This document shows positions 8,380-17,717 of a stretch of DNA of 58,644 nt, one piece after another. Location of the stretch: positions 1 through 58,644 of IMG/VR virus record IMGVR_UViG_3300044714_000125; one strand, written 5' to 3'. This DNA is from a virus. Its lineage: Duplodnaviria > Caudoviricetes. Both the position numbers and the translations under genes were made by a program. Under the pieces are notes generated by a model, which ran no database searches, was not told where the DNA came from, and worked only from the letters and a program-made list of their open reading frames with translations. Every line of letters begins with the position of its first letter. The first letter of the stretch is position 1.

Positions 8380-9123
8380 ATGTCGAACCTTCCAGCCCAA
8401 CAGGGCAAGTTTCAGCTTCCCAAATTACAGGATTTATACGAACAGCAGGAAATAGAACTCCTTTCGAAGTTTAACGACTTCAATAAGCTACTGAACGCCC
8501 CACCGAGGAAGGAATGGCTTTTCCCACATCCGACTGCCACAAAAGAAATTATCAACGCCCAGGGGCTGAAGGAAAAGGTGCCGGTAGAATACATTCCAAT
8601 CGGGATCATTGAATACCTCCTGACCTCCCTTTACATCAAATGGAAGCCTGAGATCATAAAGTCGGAGGTCATGGCTAATTCCATTGTTCTGACCGTTCGG
8701 GTTCACGTTCTCAACCCTATCACGATGGAATGGGAATGGGCTGACGGTATTGGCGCCGCCCCGATCAGAACGAACAAAGGGGCCAGCGCCACCGACTTCT
8801 CGCAGGTGCAAAGCTCAGCCGTTCAGACCGGCGCACCCGCGGCCAAAAGTTTTGCCATCAAGGATGCATGCGAATGCTTCGGTAAAATCTTCGGAAAGGA
8901 CCTCAATCGCAATGTCGAAATGGATTATCAGTCTATGCAGGAGGCGAAGTTTAAGGACATAGGCCCAAAGGAGATTCCGGTTGAACTCGCTATCGTTATT
9001 TCGGAGGCCGATGCCGAGGGCCTGGAAGCGATCATCAACGGCAACCCCGAATACCACAATCTGCCCTCCTTCAAGGAGGCTGTTCTAAACCGTCGTTCCT
9101 TACTCAAAAAATTCGCCGTATAA
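8380..9123 (+). CDS. single-strand annealing protein, Rad52/Sak-like
   Basis: YIPIGIIE...VTVRV-like strand, DGIGA, A-KSFAIKDA...FGKIFGKDLNR; adjacent to exonuclease. Confidence 0.7.
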   Translation: MSNLPAQQGKFQLPKLQDLYEQQEIELLSKFNDFNKLLNAPPRKEWLFPHPTATKEIINAQGLKEKVPVEYIPIGIIEYLLTSLYIKWKPEIIKSEVMANSIVLTVRVHVLNPITMEWEWADGIGAAPIRTNKGASATDFSQVQSSAVQTGAPAAKSFAIKDACECFGKIFGKDLNRNVEMDYQSMQEAKFKDIGPKEIPVELAIVISEADAEGLEAIINGNPEYHNLPSFKEAVLNRRSLLKKFAV

Positions 9124-10037
9124 TGGAAACGGTAGAAGAACTAAAACCCGGCGTCGAGCCAATGCCTTCCCGGTTAAACCTGATGGTCCCCATCATCGAA
9201 AAGATCATGCGGGGGGAAATGCGGCTTTCCTATACGGCGCTGAGCAACTTCATGGATAGCCCGAAGGACTTCGCAGATTACAAACTTCAGCGCAAGGAAC
9301 CCACTCCGGCGATGATCTACGGCGGGATGCTCCATTGTCTCGTCCTGGAGCCTGCCAAATTCGAGGACCGTTATTTTGCCTTCGATGATTCAGACAAGGT
9401 CGAGGAACTCAGACAGGGCGGGGCGAAAAACTCACGGGCGACGAAAGCCTATAAGGAATGGAAATTCATAGCCTGCGGTAAGGCCGGTGACCGGACGATC
9501 GTTTCCCCAAAGGACTACGCTCACGCCAAGATCGTCGCCCTGAACGTTATTCACAACCGGGCATCCTCAAAGATCATGCGTGCCTGCCCACGCCATGAGA
9601 TCCCGATCGATTGGGAGGATTTCAATTTCAACTTTCACGGCTTTATCGACCTCTTAGGAGACAAGGATATTGCCGACATAAAGAGCATGCCGGACGCCAA
9701 CCAGGATAAGGTCCAGCGGGAAATATGGTACAGGAAACTGTACATTCAGGCTGTTTTGTATCTTACCGGCATCCGGCAGGTGGAACAGCTGGCAGGGTTG
9801 CCCGAGAAGCAAAGGAATTACCATATCATTGCCGTGGACAAGCTCGGAGGGATCAGCGTCCATACCCTCAATGAGCGCCTTTTACGGCATGGCATTCAGG
9901 AATACGGGTATTACATGAAGCGGTTCAATTACGCGATCCTGACGGAAGCCTGGGATCAATCCTATGACTTTTGGAGCGATCAATGGGATGGGCTATTCCA
10001 ATGCGATAAAGCAGGTTGGATGTATGATAAAGAGTGA
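9123..10037 (+). CDS. PD-(D/E)XK exonuclease (exonuclease VIII / DUF3799-like)
   Basis: LSYTAL, TPAMIYGGMLHCLVLEP, GFIDL...IADIKS, YIQAVLY. Confidence 0.85.
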   Translation: METVEELKPGVEPMPSRLNLMVPIIEKIMRGEMRLSYTALSNFMDSPKDFADYKLQRKEPTPAMIYGGMLHCLVLEPAKFEDRYFAFDDSDKVEELRQGGAKNSRATKAYKEWKFIACGKAGDRTIVSPKDYAHAKIVALNVIHNRASSKIMRACPRHEIPIDWEDFNFNFHGFIDLLGDKDIADIKSMPDANQDKVQREIWYRKLYIQAVLYLTGIRQVEQLAGLPEKQRNYHIIAVDKLGGISVHTLNERLLRHGIQEYGYYMKRFNYAILTEAWDQSYDFWSDQWDGLFQCDKAGWMYDKE

Positions 10038-10040
10038 GCC

Positions 10041-10469
10041 ATGGTTAAGGTCGAGACCTTTGGGAAGATAGAGGGCGGAAAGCTATCGCTTCATGGGCGC
10101 CAACGATTCGAGCAGGAGATCGCCCAGTGTAAAAACTGCGAGGTAACGATCATCGTCAAAAAGCGCGGGCGCCGATCAAATCAGCAAAACCGATACCTAT
10201 TCGGGGTGGTGTACGCCAATTGCCGCCATGCTTTTCTGGACCTGGGCTACCGGATGGACATCGACAAGGTACACAGCTTCTTTAAGCGAATGTTTCTTCC
10301 GGAGCGGATAGTGGATAAAAATGGAACCGTCATCGGAGAGTGGGAGGGAAGTACGGCAGAACTCAATAAAGACGAGTTTTCTGAGTATATTGAGCGGATC
10401 AGGGAGTGGGCGGCGGATAATCTTTCGATAGACATTCCCGATGCCGACAAGACTTTATCGATCTTTTAA
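10041..10469 (+). CDS. NinB-like recombination accessory protein
   Basis: RRSNQQNRYLFGVVY...STAELNKDEFSEYIERIREWA. Confidence 0.65.
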   Translation: MVKVETFGKIEGGKLSLHGRQRFEQEIAQCKNCEVTIIVKKRGRRSNQQNRYLFGVVYANCRHAFLDLGYRMDIDKVHSFFKRMFLPERIVDKNGTVIGEWEGSTAELNKDEFSEYIERIREWAADNLSIDIPDADKTLSIF

Positions 10470-10489
10470 ACAACAAAAACCCAAATAAA

Positions 10490-10789
10490 ATGGAAAAAAG
10501 CCAGTTTCACATTGTCAGGGCCGAGAAAGCCGGAGTATTTTTATGCAAGATCGTCTCAAAGGATGGCGATACTTATACCGTCAATTCCTTTCGTCGGTTA
10601 TATTATTGGTCTGGGGCGTTGGATGTTTCTATGCTTGCGAAGGATGGCGTTACCAATCCCCGTGCCTGTAAATTTTCCGTCCAGATGGGCGAGGATGATG
10701 TGTCTACAATTCTCAATGTGATCGAAGTACATCCGGTCTCTGAAAAAGCATTATCAATAATCAACAACGTGCCGGTATGGAAGCAATAA
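10490..10789 (+). CDS. conserved phage protein (DUF6948-like)
   Basis: IVRAEKAGVF...RRLYYWSGA..SMLA..GV; family recalled to precede Gly-rich repeat genes. Confidence 0.7.
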   Translation: MEKSQFHIVRAEKAGVFLCKIVSKDGDTYTVNSFRRLYYWSGALDVSMLAKDGVTNPRACKFSVQMGEDDVSTILNVIEVHPVSEKALSIINNVPVWKQ

Positions 10790-11598
10790 AAATTAAGAAA
10801 TTCCTATCCGGTTCCGGTTCCGGTTACGGTTCCGGTTCCGGTTACGGTTCCGGTTACGGTTCCGGTTACGGTTCCGGTTACGGTTCCGGTTCCGGTTCCG
10901 GTTCCGGTTACGGTTCCGGTTACGGTGACGGTGACGGTTCCGGTTCCGGTTCCGGTTCCGGTTCCGGTGACGGTTCCGGTGACGGTTCCGGTTCCGGTGA
11001 CGGTTCCGGTTACGGTTCCGGTGACGGTTCCGGTGACGGTGACGGTTACGGTTCCGGTTCCGGTTACGGTTCCGGTTCCGGTTACGGTGACGGTGACGGT
11101 TCCGGTTCCGGTGACGGTTCCGGTTACGGTGACGGTGACGGCTTAAAAATACAGTCTTTCAAAGGCGAGGCCGTTCATTACATTGATGGCATTCCCTGCA
11201 TTTTTTCTTCCATAAAAGACGAATATGCCCTGATCGAGGTTATTGATGTAAAAGACTTCGGACGGACTAAAATGTACGTCGCCAAAAAGGAGGGGCTTTT
11301 CGCGCATGGAGTTACACTTAAAGAGGCTACTGATCAGGTAAATCAAAAATGGATTGCCTCCCAAACCGTGGAGGAAAAGATTCAGCGGTTTAAAGAGACC
11401 TTCAAAAAAGGAATAGCCTATAAGGCCACGCTCTTTTACGAATGGCATTCGCTGCTGACGGGTTCCTGTAAGGCAGGAAAGGATTTATGGATTTCACAGC
11501 ACGATATCAACCTGGAATCGGATATGACGGTTGAGAGATTCATAGAACTGACCAGGTCGGCCTATGGTGGTGAAATTATCCGGAGATTGAGCGAATAA
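10777..11598 (+). CDS. Gly-X repeat protein (GS/GY/GD) with globular C-terminal domain
   Basis: 110-aa GX repeat followed by IDGIP...FAHG...WHSLLTGSC domain. Confidence 0.85.
   Translation: MEAIKIKKFLSGSGSGYGSGSGYGSGYGSGYGSGYGSGSGSGSGYGSGYGDGDGSGSGSGSGSGDGSGDGSGSGDGSGYGSGDGSGDGDGYGSGSGYGSGSGYGDGDGSGSGDGSGYGDGDGLKIQSFKGEAVHYIDGIPCIFSSIKDEYALIEVIDVKDFGRTKMYVAKKEGLFAHGVTLKEATDQVNQKWIASQTVEEKIQRFKETFKKGIAYKATLFYEWHSLLTGSCKAGKDLWISQHDINLESDMTVERFIELTRSAYGGEIIRRLSE
10810..11139 (+). repeat. 55 tandem hexamers GGT(TCC|TAC|GAC)
   Basis: read directly; 330 bp built from only three hexamers. Confidence 0.95.
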
Positions 11599-11642
11599 TT
11601 TGAATGGTCAGCCGGGCCCTGATTGCGGGGTGGGCTCTTTTA

Positions 11643-11653
11643 AAGTTCTTTGA
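11643..11653 (+). promoter_or_regulatory. boxA-like antitermination motif
   Basis: AAGTTCTTTGA at the start of a non-coding, tRNA-containing segment; same motif at 13923-13933. Confidence 0.35.
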
Positions 11654-11659
11654 TCAAAA

Positions 11660-12085
11660 TATTGCGGGAGGATTGCATTGGGAGGCGCCGGCGGCCTACG
11701 GGCGAGTAACGCGGTTCTGTTCCCTGTAATGGAACGACACGATTCGTTAAAACAAGTGGCGTGGGTACTGAAAATACGTAACCAATCGTATACCACTACG
11801 ATGATGCAAAGACAGGGACCGCAATCTTCTTAAGTGCTGGCGGGTAAGCCGCGGGAGCCGCAATCCTTCCCAACTCCTTCGGGTGGCTGGACAAACTGCG
11901 GTGGCGACGTGGAAAATTAGAAAAAGCGGACACGTACGGTCGGTTGCTCGGACACAGAAAGCAAAGTCGCATTGAGACTTAAAACGATGATCGGAGCAAA
12001 ACCGTCCGCCTGTATGCAGGAAAAACCGTGGCAAGCAGTTATCATCGTGTAACCGGTAAGATAGCGGGATTGCCTTTTTGCTCCG
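11660..12085 (+). ncRNA. candidate structured ncRNA upstream of tRNA
   Basis: no credible ORF; cUACGg and cUUCGg tetraloop hairpins and long-range helices. Confidence 0.45.
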
Positions 12086-12089
12086 TTTT

Positions 12090-12161
12090 GGACGAATAGC
12101 TCAGCGGTAGAGCTTCTGGTTGTTAACCAGGCGGTCGCGGGTTCAATCCCCGCTTCGTCCT
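12090..12161 (+). tRNA. tRNA-Asn (GUU)
   Basis: complete cloverleaf: GGACGAA/TTCGTCC, GCTC/GAGC, TCTGG-TTGTTAA-CCAGG, GCGGG-TTCAATC-CCCGC; CCA not encoded. Confidence 0.9.
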
Positions 12162-12326
12162 CACCGGCGATATTGCCGGCAATCTCGATTTGATGAAATG
12201 GGTTTTAATCGGTAACGGTTGGAATCTGGGGATTCAAAAAGGGACGGGTAAGACCAAGGTAAGAGGGTGGGTTATTCTTAATCCGCTTTTTGGTCTGAAC
12301 GTATTAGTAATATTGGATTTCAGTTC

Positions 12327-12358
12327 GGGCGGTGGTATTCCTGCCGCTGCCCTTCTTT
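12327..12358 (+). terminator. intrinsic terminator
   Basis: GGGCGGTGGTA / TGCCGCTGCCC imperfect stem plus TTCTTT. Confidence 0.55.
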
Positions 12359-12389
12359 AAAATCATTACATTCACTCAAAATAAATTCC

Positions 12390-13070
12390 ATGACAGAAAA
12401 TCAATCTCAGCTCGAAATAAGGGCGGTAAAGCTCAAAAGAAAAGGCGATGAAGGATTCATTCCGGAGATTATCGTTCACGATCCGGAGGCCAAACTCAAC
12501 CGGACCTACAGCGATTGCGAGAACCTTTGCCACTCCGATTTTACAAAAGCGGTCAGCCGCCTAAACCACCATATCGCGGTCCTTACCGACAAGATCACCA
12601 CCGACCGCTTCGAGGATGATAAGGACATCGACGAGATCATGGTCGCCAGGGGTTTCAGCTATTCCGGGGCTGAGATGGAGCTCCGGGTAACCTTGAAGGG
12701 ATACCAGAAGACCTCCCGCGGCGGCACCTTCCAGATCAATACCCCTGTAGTTTACATGGAAACGGAGGATGAGGACAAACAGTACTATTTCATTGATGAC
12801 CTGAAGGAAAAGCTCAAACGAATCGCCTTGGAGGCCCGGCTTTACATCTTCTCGGGCAAGAAATTCGAAGATCCCCAGCTGAGCCTGACACTTCCCGATC
12901 CGCCGGATGACAAGAAAAAGGTTACCAACGCCAAAATAGCCGATCCAATAGGAAAGGTAGCGGCTGAAATCGTAGCCGGCGTCAATGGGGCCAAAGACAG
13001 CAAAAAGAAGGGAGGAAAGAAACGCGTGGCTCAGACACCTGAAAATAAAAGCGGGGAGGCAGAGGAATAA
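12390..13070 (+). CDS. hypothetical protein
   Basis: 226-aa ORF with A-rich leader. Confidence 0.8.
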   Translation: MTENQSQLEIRAVKLKRKGDEGFIPEIIVHDPEAKLNRTYSDCENLCHSDFTKAVSRLNHHIAVLTDKITTDRFEDDKDIDEIMVARGFSYSGAEMELRVTLKGYQKTSRGGTFQINTPVVYMETEDEDKQYYFIDDLKEKLKRIALEARLYIFSGKKFEDPQLSLTLPDPPDDKKKVTNAKIADPIGKVAAEIVAGVNGAKDSKKKGGKKRVAQTPENKSGEAEE

Positions 13071-13567
13071 TGGGCTCTCACGAAACTTATAGCATCGAAA
13101 GCGAATGGTATACGCCGAAGTACGTTTTTGACGCGCTGAGCTGTTCCTTCGACATGGATGTTGCTGCCGCACCAGATCCGAGCCTTACCTTTGTCCCTGC
13201 AGCCCATTTTATCTCACAGGGCTCGTTAGAAAAAGAATGGAGGGGATTTGTTTGGTGCAATCCTCCATGGGCAGGAAGGGGCTCTAAACAACCGTGGATC
13301 GATAAAATGGCCGGGCATGTAAATGGGCTCCTTCTCACACCAGATCGTACGTCGGCACCCTGGTGGCGGAACGTAGCAAAAAATGCTGATGCGGTTTTAT
13401 TCGTCTCCGGTAAGATAAAGTTCATTCCGGGCCCCGGAAACTTATCGAATTGGAAGCAGCCCGGAACGGGAACGTGCTTATTTGCATGGGGAGCTTTGGG
13501 GGTATTCGGGCTGTTAAATGCACAAAAAAATGGATTTGGGCTTGTTTTTTCGCCCCTGATCGCCTAA
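13070..13567 (+). CDS. phage N6-adenine DNA methyltransferase (lambdoid Dam-like)
   Basis: EWYTP, FDMDVAA, VWCNPPW, DRTSAPWW, GKIKFI. Confidence 0.85.
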   Translation: MGSHETYSIESEWYTPKYVFDALSCSFDMDVAAAPDPSLTFVPAAHFISQGSLEKEWRGFVWCNPPWAGRGSKQPWIDKMAGHVNGLLLTPDRTSAPWWRNVAKNADAVLFVSGKIKFIPGPGNLSNWKQPGTGTCLFAWGALGVFGLLNAQKNGFGLVFSPLIA

Positions 13568-13928
13568 AATAGAGCCATGCCAAGAAAAAGGTAAAATTAC
13601 CTATATAGGATTGTGCTGATTATCAATGCGGTCATTCGACTCATTTGAGCAGTCTGGGTAAAATTACACAGCTTTTTTACAAACTGAATAAAAAGCTTGA
13701 CTATGGAAGGATCGCTCGTAAAACCGATTTGCATCGGGTGCAACATGCTATATCGAGGCCGGGATGCCCGCGGTCCCTCACCCCGGCAGATGGATCGCGC
13801 CATGAGGCTCAAAATGCTTGACAGAATCAGGGGTCCTACCAGGGGAAGCGGATAGCCTGCCGGCCGGGATTATCCAGTTGATGAAGATGATTTCGCCCCG
13901 GCTGGCGGGTATCACGTGAAAAAAGTTC

Positions 13929-13959
13929 TTTGAAGATTTGAATAAAGGAAGTATTTTTG
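13929..13959 (+). promoter_or_regulatory. Bacteroidota consensus promoter
   Basis: TTTG-N19-TATTTTTG, exact consensus match. Confidence 0.75.
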
Positions 13960-14090
13960 ACGGCATTCTCACCAAACCAACCAATGATCTTATTAAACAC
14001 GAATATCCCTGAAGGGGAAAGGCATCTCGCCGGGTGGTTCCGGGGTGAGAAAATATTGAGATGCTTACCTCTGCAGGGATTTTTGTTTTT

Positions 14091-14795
14091 ATGCGGGTTA
14101 CAGTCTTCCTTCCGATAAGCCTCATAAGGTGGGCTCAAGCGGAAGGCTGGCTCCGCTCCCTGGCGTACTTCGTCCGGCTCAAAAGCCTCTATAAGAACAA
14201 TACCCACTACAATTTCACCCTCCGTTCCTTATCCGGCCGTATAGGCTGTTCCCCGGCCTGTTTGGCGCATCATCTGAAAGTACTCGAATCCGAGGGCCTT
14301 ATCCGCTACCACGGCAATAATGTGACCTTTGTAGGTTTTAAGAAGCTATCGGCGAAATACGGGGAAAAGAACATCGGCGTACCGGTGGATCCCAAAAATC
14401 AATTGGAGGTCCTGCGGGCTCAATTAATCAGACTGAATCTGGGCAACCAAGCCTACCACATACATAAGATCGGAACACAAAAACGCAGCACGAGGTATAT
14501 CCCGTGGACCAAAACTGAAAGATTTTATAGCTGCTACGTTGGTTTGTCATGCATCGGGTTCGGTAAGATTTTGGGGTTGTCGGCGGCGTCAGGTCAAAGG
14601 ATCAGGCGAAAGTTAGTAAGACGGGGTATTCTGGATCAGAAGCGGGTGTATTCAGTGATCATGACAGGAATAGCCGAAGGAGATATGCGAAGGATGAAGG
14701 TAGCCGGGGTCATCCCCATTTTTAGTAAATTAGTGAATGGGAAGGTGCTGGTGGAAAGGAGATCGGAACTCAGGTACAATAGGGCAACTCCCTAA
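14091..14795 (+). CDS. HTH DNA-binding protein, possible replication initiator
   Basis: two wHTH-like segments (LRSLSGRIGCSPACLAHHLKVLESEGLI; FGKILGLSAASGQRIRRKLVRRGIL); very basic. Confidence 0.55.
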   Translation: MRVTVFLPISLIRWAQAEGWLRSLAYFVRLKSLYKNNTHYNFTLRSLSGRIGCSPACLAHHLKVLESEGLIRYHGNNVTFVGFKKLSAKYGEKNIGVPVDPKNQLEVLRAQLIRLNLGNQAYHIHKIGTQKRSTRYIPWTKTERFYSCYVGLSCIGFGKILGLSAASGQRIRRKLVRRGILDQKRVYSVIMTGIAEGDMRRMKVAGVIPIFSKLVNGKVLVERRSELRYNRATP

Positions 14796-14827
14796 CCAGC
14801 GTCAGTTACTACCAAAAATTAAACAAG

Positions 14828-15088
14828 ATGGATGGCAGACAGCGTAAGCGCAATATTCAGAAGATTCTCCGAAGTTATAGCGGCACCCTGAGACACATGG
14901 ACAATATGGAGGCGCCGATCATGCCTTTTGGAATTTATAAGGGCAAACGGGCATCTTCCGTGCCTGCGGAATATTTAATTTGGCTCTACGATAACGATAA
15001 GGTTTTCGGTCGGGTGCTGAAATATATCCATGATCACGAAGACGAACTGAGGCACAAGGCCGCGAAAAGTCAACCCCGGAACCGATGA
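14828..15088 (+). CDS. DUF3820-like protein
   Basis: MPFGIYKG...VPAEYLIWL motif. Confidence 0.75.
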   Translation: MDGRQRKRNIQKILRSYSGTLRHMDNMEAPIMPFGIYKGKRASSVPAEYLIWLYDNDKVFGRVLKYIHDHEDELRHKAAKSQPRNR

Positions 15089-15387
15089 CTCCCCACGCTG
15101 CCATGTTCCTTGATATCGCCCGCCAGGAAGCAAAGGAGTGCTACCGTAACCCCGAGGTCTTTATTCAGTGCCTTGTGAAGTTAAAGGGAACGAGAGACCT
15201 TTTAATGTGGGTATATTGTGTACTGATAGGGGCCGGGGTGATCATCCCTATAGAGCAGGCCAGCGAGGAAAAGAAGTGGGAATTGTGGAATATGGCGATA
15301 GCCGACGCCGGCGGGAGGTTGAGACGGGAGGAAGTGAAGAGGTTGGCGAGGGTGCTTTTTATGATCGAGCAAATTCTAAATCAATAA
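15085..15387 (+). CDS. hypothetical protein
   Basis: ATGA-coupled. Confidence 0.7.
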   Translation: MTPHAAMFLDIARQEAKECYRNPEVFIQCLVKLKGTRDLLMWVYCVLIGAGVIIPIEQASEEKKWELWNMAIADAGGRLRREEVKRLARVLFMIEQILNQ

Positions 15388-15397
15388 ACTCTACAAA

Positions 15398-15769
15398 ATG
15401 AATGCGGTACTCAAAAAGATGAAGGCAGACTTCGAGAAGAAAAAAAGGGAATTTTATGCCCTTCAGCAGAAAATATCTGATAAAGAGGACGAGCTCGCTG
15501 TGCCTGGACTGAAGGAGAAATTCGAAGGGAAGTACTTTCGCTATCACAACACGCAAGGCGGGGACGAAAAATGGTTTATATATTCTCATGTCAGGCAGGT
15601 TGTTTCGGCCAACCGGGGGATTATAGACACTTTCCAAATCGCCCCCTTGTCCGCGGAATTTAGCGTTTGCCGAAATATGGGCTTCGTGGTATTGGGTGAG
15701 GAAATTTCCGAACTGGAATACAAAAATGCGGCAATAGAATTTATAAAACACGTTCAAAAGCTTCTTTAA
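15398..15769 (+). CDS. hypothetical protein
   Basis: ORF track; TAATG coupling to next gene. Confidence 0.7.
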   Translation: MNAVLKKMKADFEKKKREFYALQQKISDKEDELAVPGLKEKFEGKYFRYHNTQGGDEKWFIYSHVRQVVSANRGIIDTFQIAPLSAEFSVCRNMGFVVLGEEISELEYKNAAIEFIKHVQKLL

Positions 15770-16197
15770 TGCCAATCCTCAACTATACCACCAAGGTAAA
15801 TCCATGGACCACAGTAAATGAGATTCAAAAGATTCTCGCCAAAAATAAGGCCACCCATTGCTCGATTAAAAATGAAGGATCATGGCCGGTGGCTATCTCG
15901 TTTACGATGACGGTCAACAATACCCCGCTCAATTTTTTGCTTCCGTGCAATCATGAGGGGGTTTTTAATGCGCTGAAGCGGAATAAGGACGTCCCTGCAA
16001 AAAGCAAGAACCTCGAACACGCCTTGGCAGTAAGTTGGCGCATCTTAAAGACTTGGATTGATGTGCAAATGGCGGTTGTTGAAAGTGGTCTTATTTCCGC
16101 GCCGGAGGTCTTCCTGAGTCACCTGATCGTGAACAATGCCGGGGATACCCTTTCGAAGAAAATATTGCAGGACGGCGGAATGAAGCTATTAAACTAA
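15769..16197 (+). CDS. conserved phage hypothetical protein
   Basis: MPILNYTT...EIQKIL...AVSWRILKTWI..QMA motifs. Confidence 0.75.
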   Translation: MPILNYTTKVNPWTTVNEIQKILAKNKATHCSIKNEGSWPVAISFTMTVNNTPLNFLLPCNHEGVFNALKRNKDVPAKSKNLEHALAVSWRILKTWIDVQMAVVESGLISAPEVFLSHLIVNNAGDTLSKKILQDGGMKLLN

Positions 16198-16201
16198 GAC
16201 C

Positions 16202-16831
16202 TTGGCCAAATCCATTAAACGCCCAAAAGCCTTCCAGATTCCTACTATAGAGGAAGTGGAAAAGTTTATGAATGAGGCGAAGCCGGACTGGCCTGCCGCG
16301 TTCTGTGCGAGGATGGCCCGCAAGTTCTGGTTTGCAAACCAGGGAAAAGGCTGGCAATACGGCGGCAGGCTCATGAAAGATTGGCATGCGGTTTTTTGGA
16401 ATAATTGGCATGAGCTAAAGTACCCGGAGGACGTGAAGGCATTGGAGGAAGCCCTGAAATCATGGCAGCACAAAGTTCTCCAAGATGAACGGCGCCGCAA
16501 ATCCGCGGGCCTGTTCGCTGTTGCCGAGGGGCCCGGGCCTTCTCCTTTCGACCGCTGGCTGGAACAAATGGACGCCATTTACGCCGCCTGGATGGTGGGG
16601 AATGCAAAGGATAGCCAATTAAGGGAGGCAGCGGATTGGCTGAGATCCGAAAAGCTCCTTCTCTTACCAAAGGTTCAGCAGGAACAGATCATAGCGGATG
16701 CCGGGAACAATGGCGACCTTCGCGTCCTTCTCGCCATCCGGCAGTTTTTCTGCAATTTAAAGGCAAAGGATTTGACCCCTTCCTCTTTTGTAAGATCAAG
16801 GATAGAGACCGCTAAAAGTAAAACAGCTTAA
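16202..16831 (+). CDS. replication-associated protein (initiator C-terminal-like domain)
   Basis: F.IPTIEEV..F...KFW...GW.YG..MKDW motif; TTG start. Confidence 0.6.
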   Translation: MAKSIKRPKAFQIPTIEEVEKFMNEAKPDWPAAFCARMARKFWFANQGKGWQYGGRLMKDWHAVFWNNWHELKYPEDVKALEEALKSWQHKVLQDERRRKSAGLFAVAEGPGPSPFDRWLEQMDAIYAAWMVGNAKDSQLREAADWLRSEKLLLLPKVQQEQIIADAGNNGDLRVLLAIRQFFCNLKAKDLTPSSFVRSRIETAKSKTA

Positions 16832-17295
16832 TGCAACCGCTGATAGAAAAATATCCATTCAAAAAGTTCTGGGAAGTGTTTACCCGGCAAGACCGATGTG
16901 TGAGCAAGTGGGATGACAAGCGGACTGATCAGGATGTTTTTATCCGGCGGACGCTGTCAAGGTGGTTTGAGGGGAAATGCTTTCAGGTGATCTTCGATGA
17001 ATACATTCCGGGCGATCCCTTCCCGTTGGCAGGACGAGAGGGTAAAAGAGAACCATACCGGATCAGATATACCCGTTACATGGCCATCATAGACATTTAT
17101 TTCACCTTCGCAGCATATCATGATCAAATTACCTTCCGATACGTTGAGCCGCATTCGAGAAAAATAGAGAAGATGTGCATCAAAGGCAGTGATTGGTATA
17201 ATCTCTCGGTCGAGGAAGACAAGGAAAGTTTCACAATACTGAGAAGGTTTTATCCGGTAGAGAAAATTGAGATCAAATTACCCAAGATAGCATGA
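16831..17295 (+). CDS. hypothetical protein
   Basis: coupled on both sides. Confidence 0.7.
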   Translation: MQPLIEKYPFKKFWEVFTRQDRCVSKWDDKRTDQDVFIRRTLSRWFEGKCFQVIFDEYIPGDPFPLAGREGKREPYRIRYTRYMAIIDIYFTFAAYHDQITFRYVEPHSRKIEKMCIKGSDWYNLSVEEDKESFTILRRFYPVEKIEIKLPKIA

Positions 17296-17717
17296 GACCA
17301 ACCGCAAAAGATATTGAACGCTTCAAAAAGCATGGGAAGTTTACCCCGAAGGAAAACCGCCTGCAGGATCAAATCTGTCGTTATCTGAAGATGCAATACC
17401 CAAACTGCCTGTTCCGTGTCGACTTTGGTGCTGGAGCGGTTTTAACGGGTATTCAAGCGGCTCAACAGACCAGACAACAAAAGAGCCGGGGATGGCCGGA
17501 CCTATTCATCTATGAGCCCCGGAAGGGCTTCGCAGGCCTTTTTATAGAACTGAAGCGGGAGGGCGAGACAATTTACAATTCGAAGGGTCTTTTCCGGTCG
17601 GAGCATCTGCACGAACAAAACGAGGTCCACGTCATGCTCCGGGAGCGGGGCTTCACCGGGGGGTTCGCAAAAGGTTTCGACCAGGCGAGAGAATTAATCG
17701 ATCAATACCTGAAATAA
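17292..17717 (+). CDS. VRR-NUC-like nuclease / Holliday junction resolvase
   Basis: E..LQ..I..YL, GWPDLFI, LFIELK. Confidence 0.85.
   Translation: MRPTAKDIERFKKHGKFTPKENRLQDQICRYLKMQYPNCLFRVDFGAGAVLTGIQAAQQTRQQKSRGWPDLFIYEPRKGFAGLFIELKREGETIYNSKGLFRSEHLHEQNEVHVMLRERGFTGGFAKGFDQARELIDQYLK

Noticed and set aside
10810-11139. CRISPR array or replication iterons
   Set aside because: Contiguous 6-bp units with no spacers, in frame inside a CDS; no cas genes seen.
10925-11146. Val/Thr/Pro-repeat ORF
   Set aside because: Alternative-frame shadow of the hexamer repeat.
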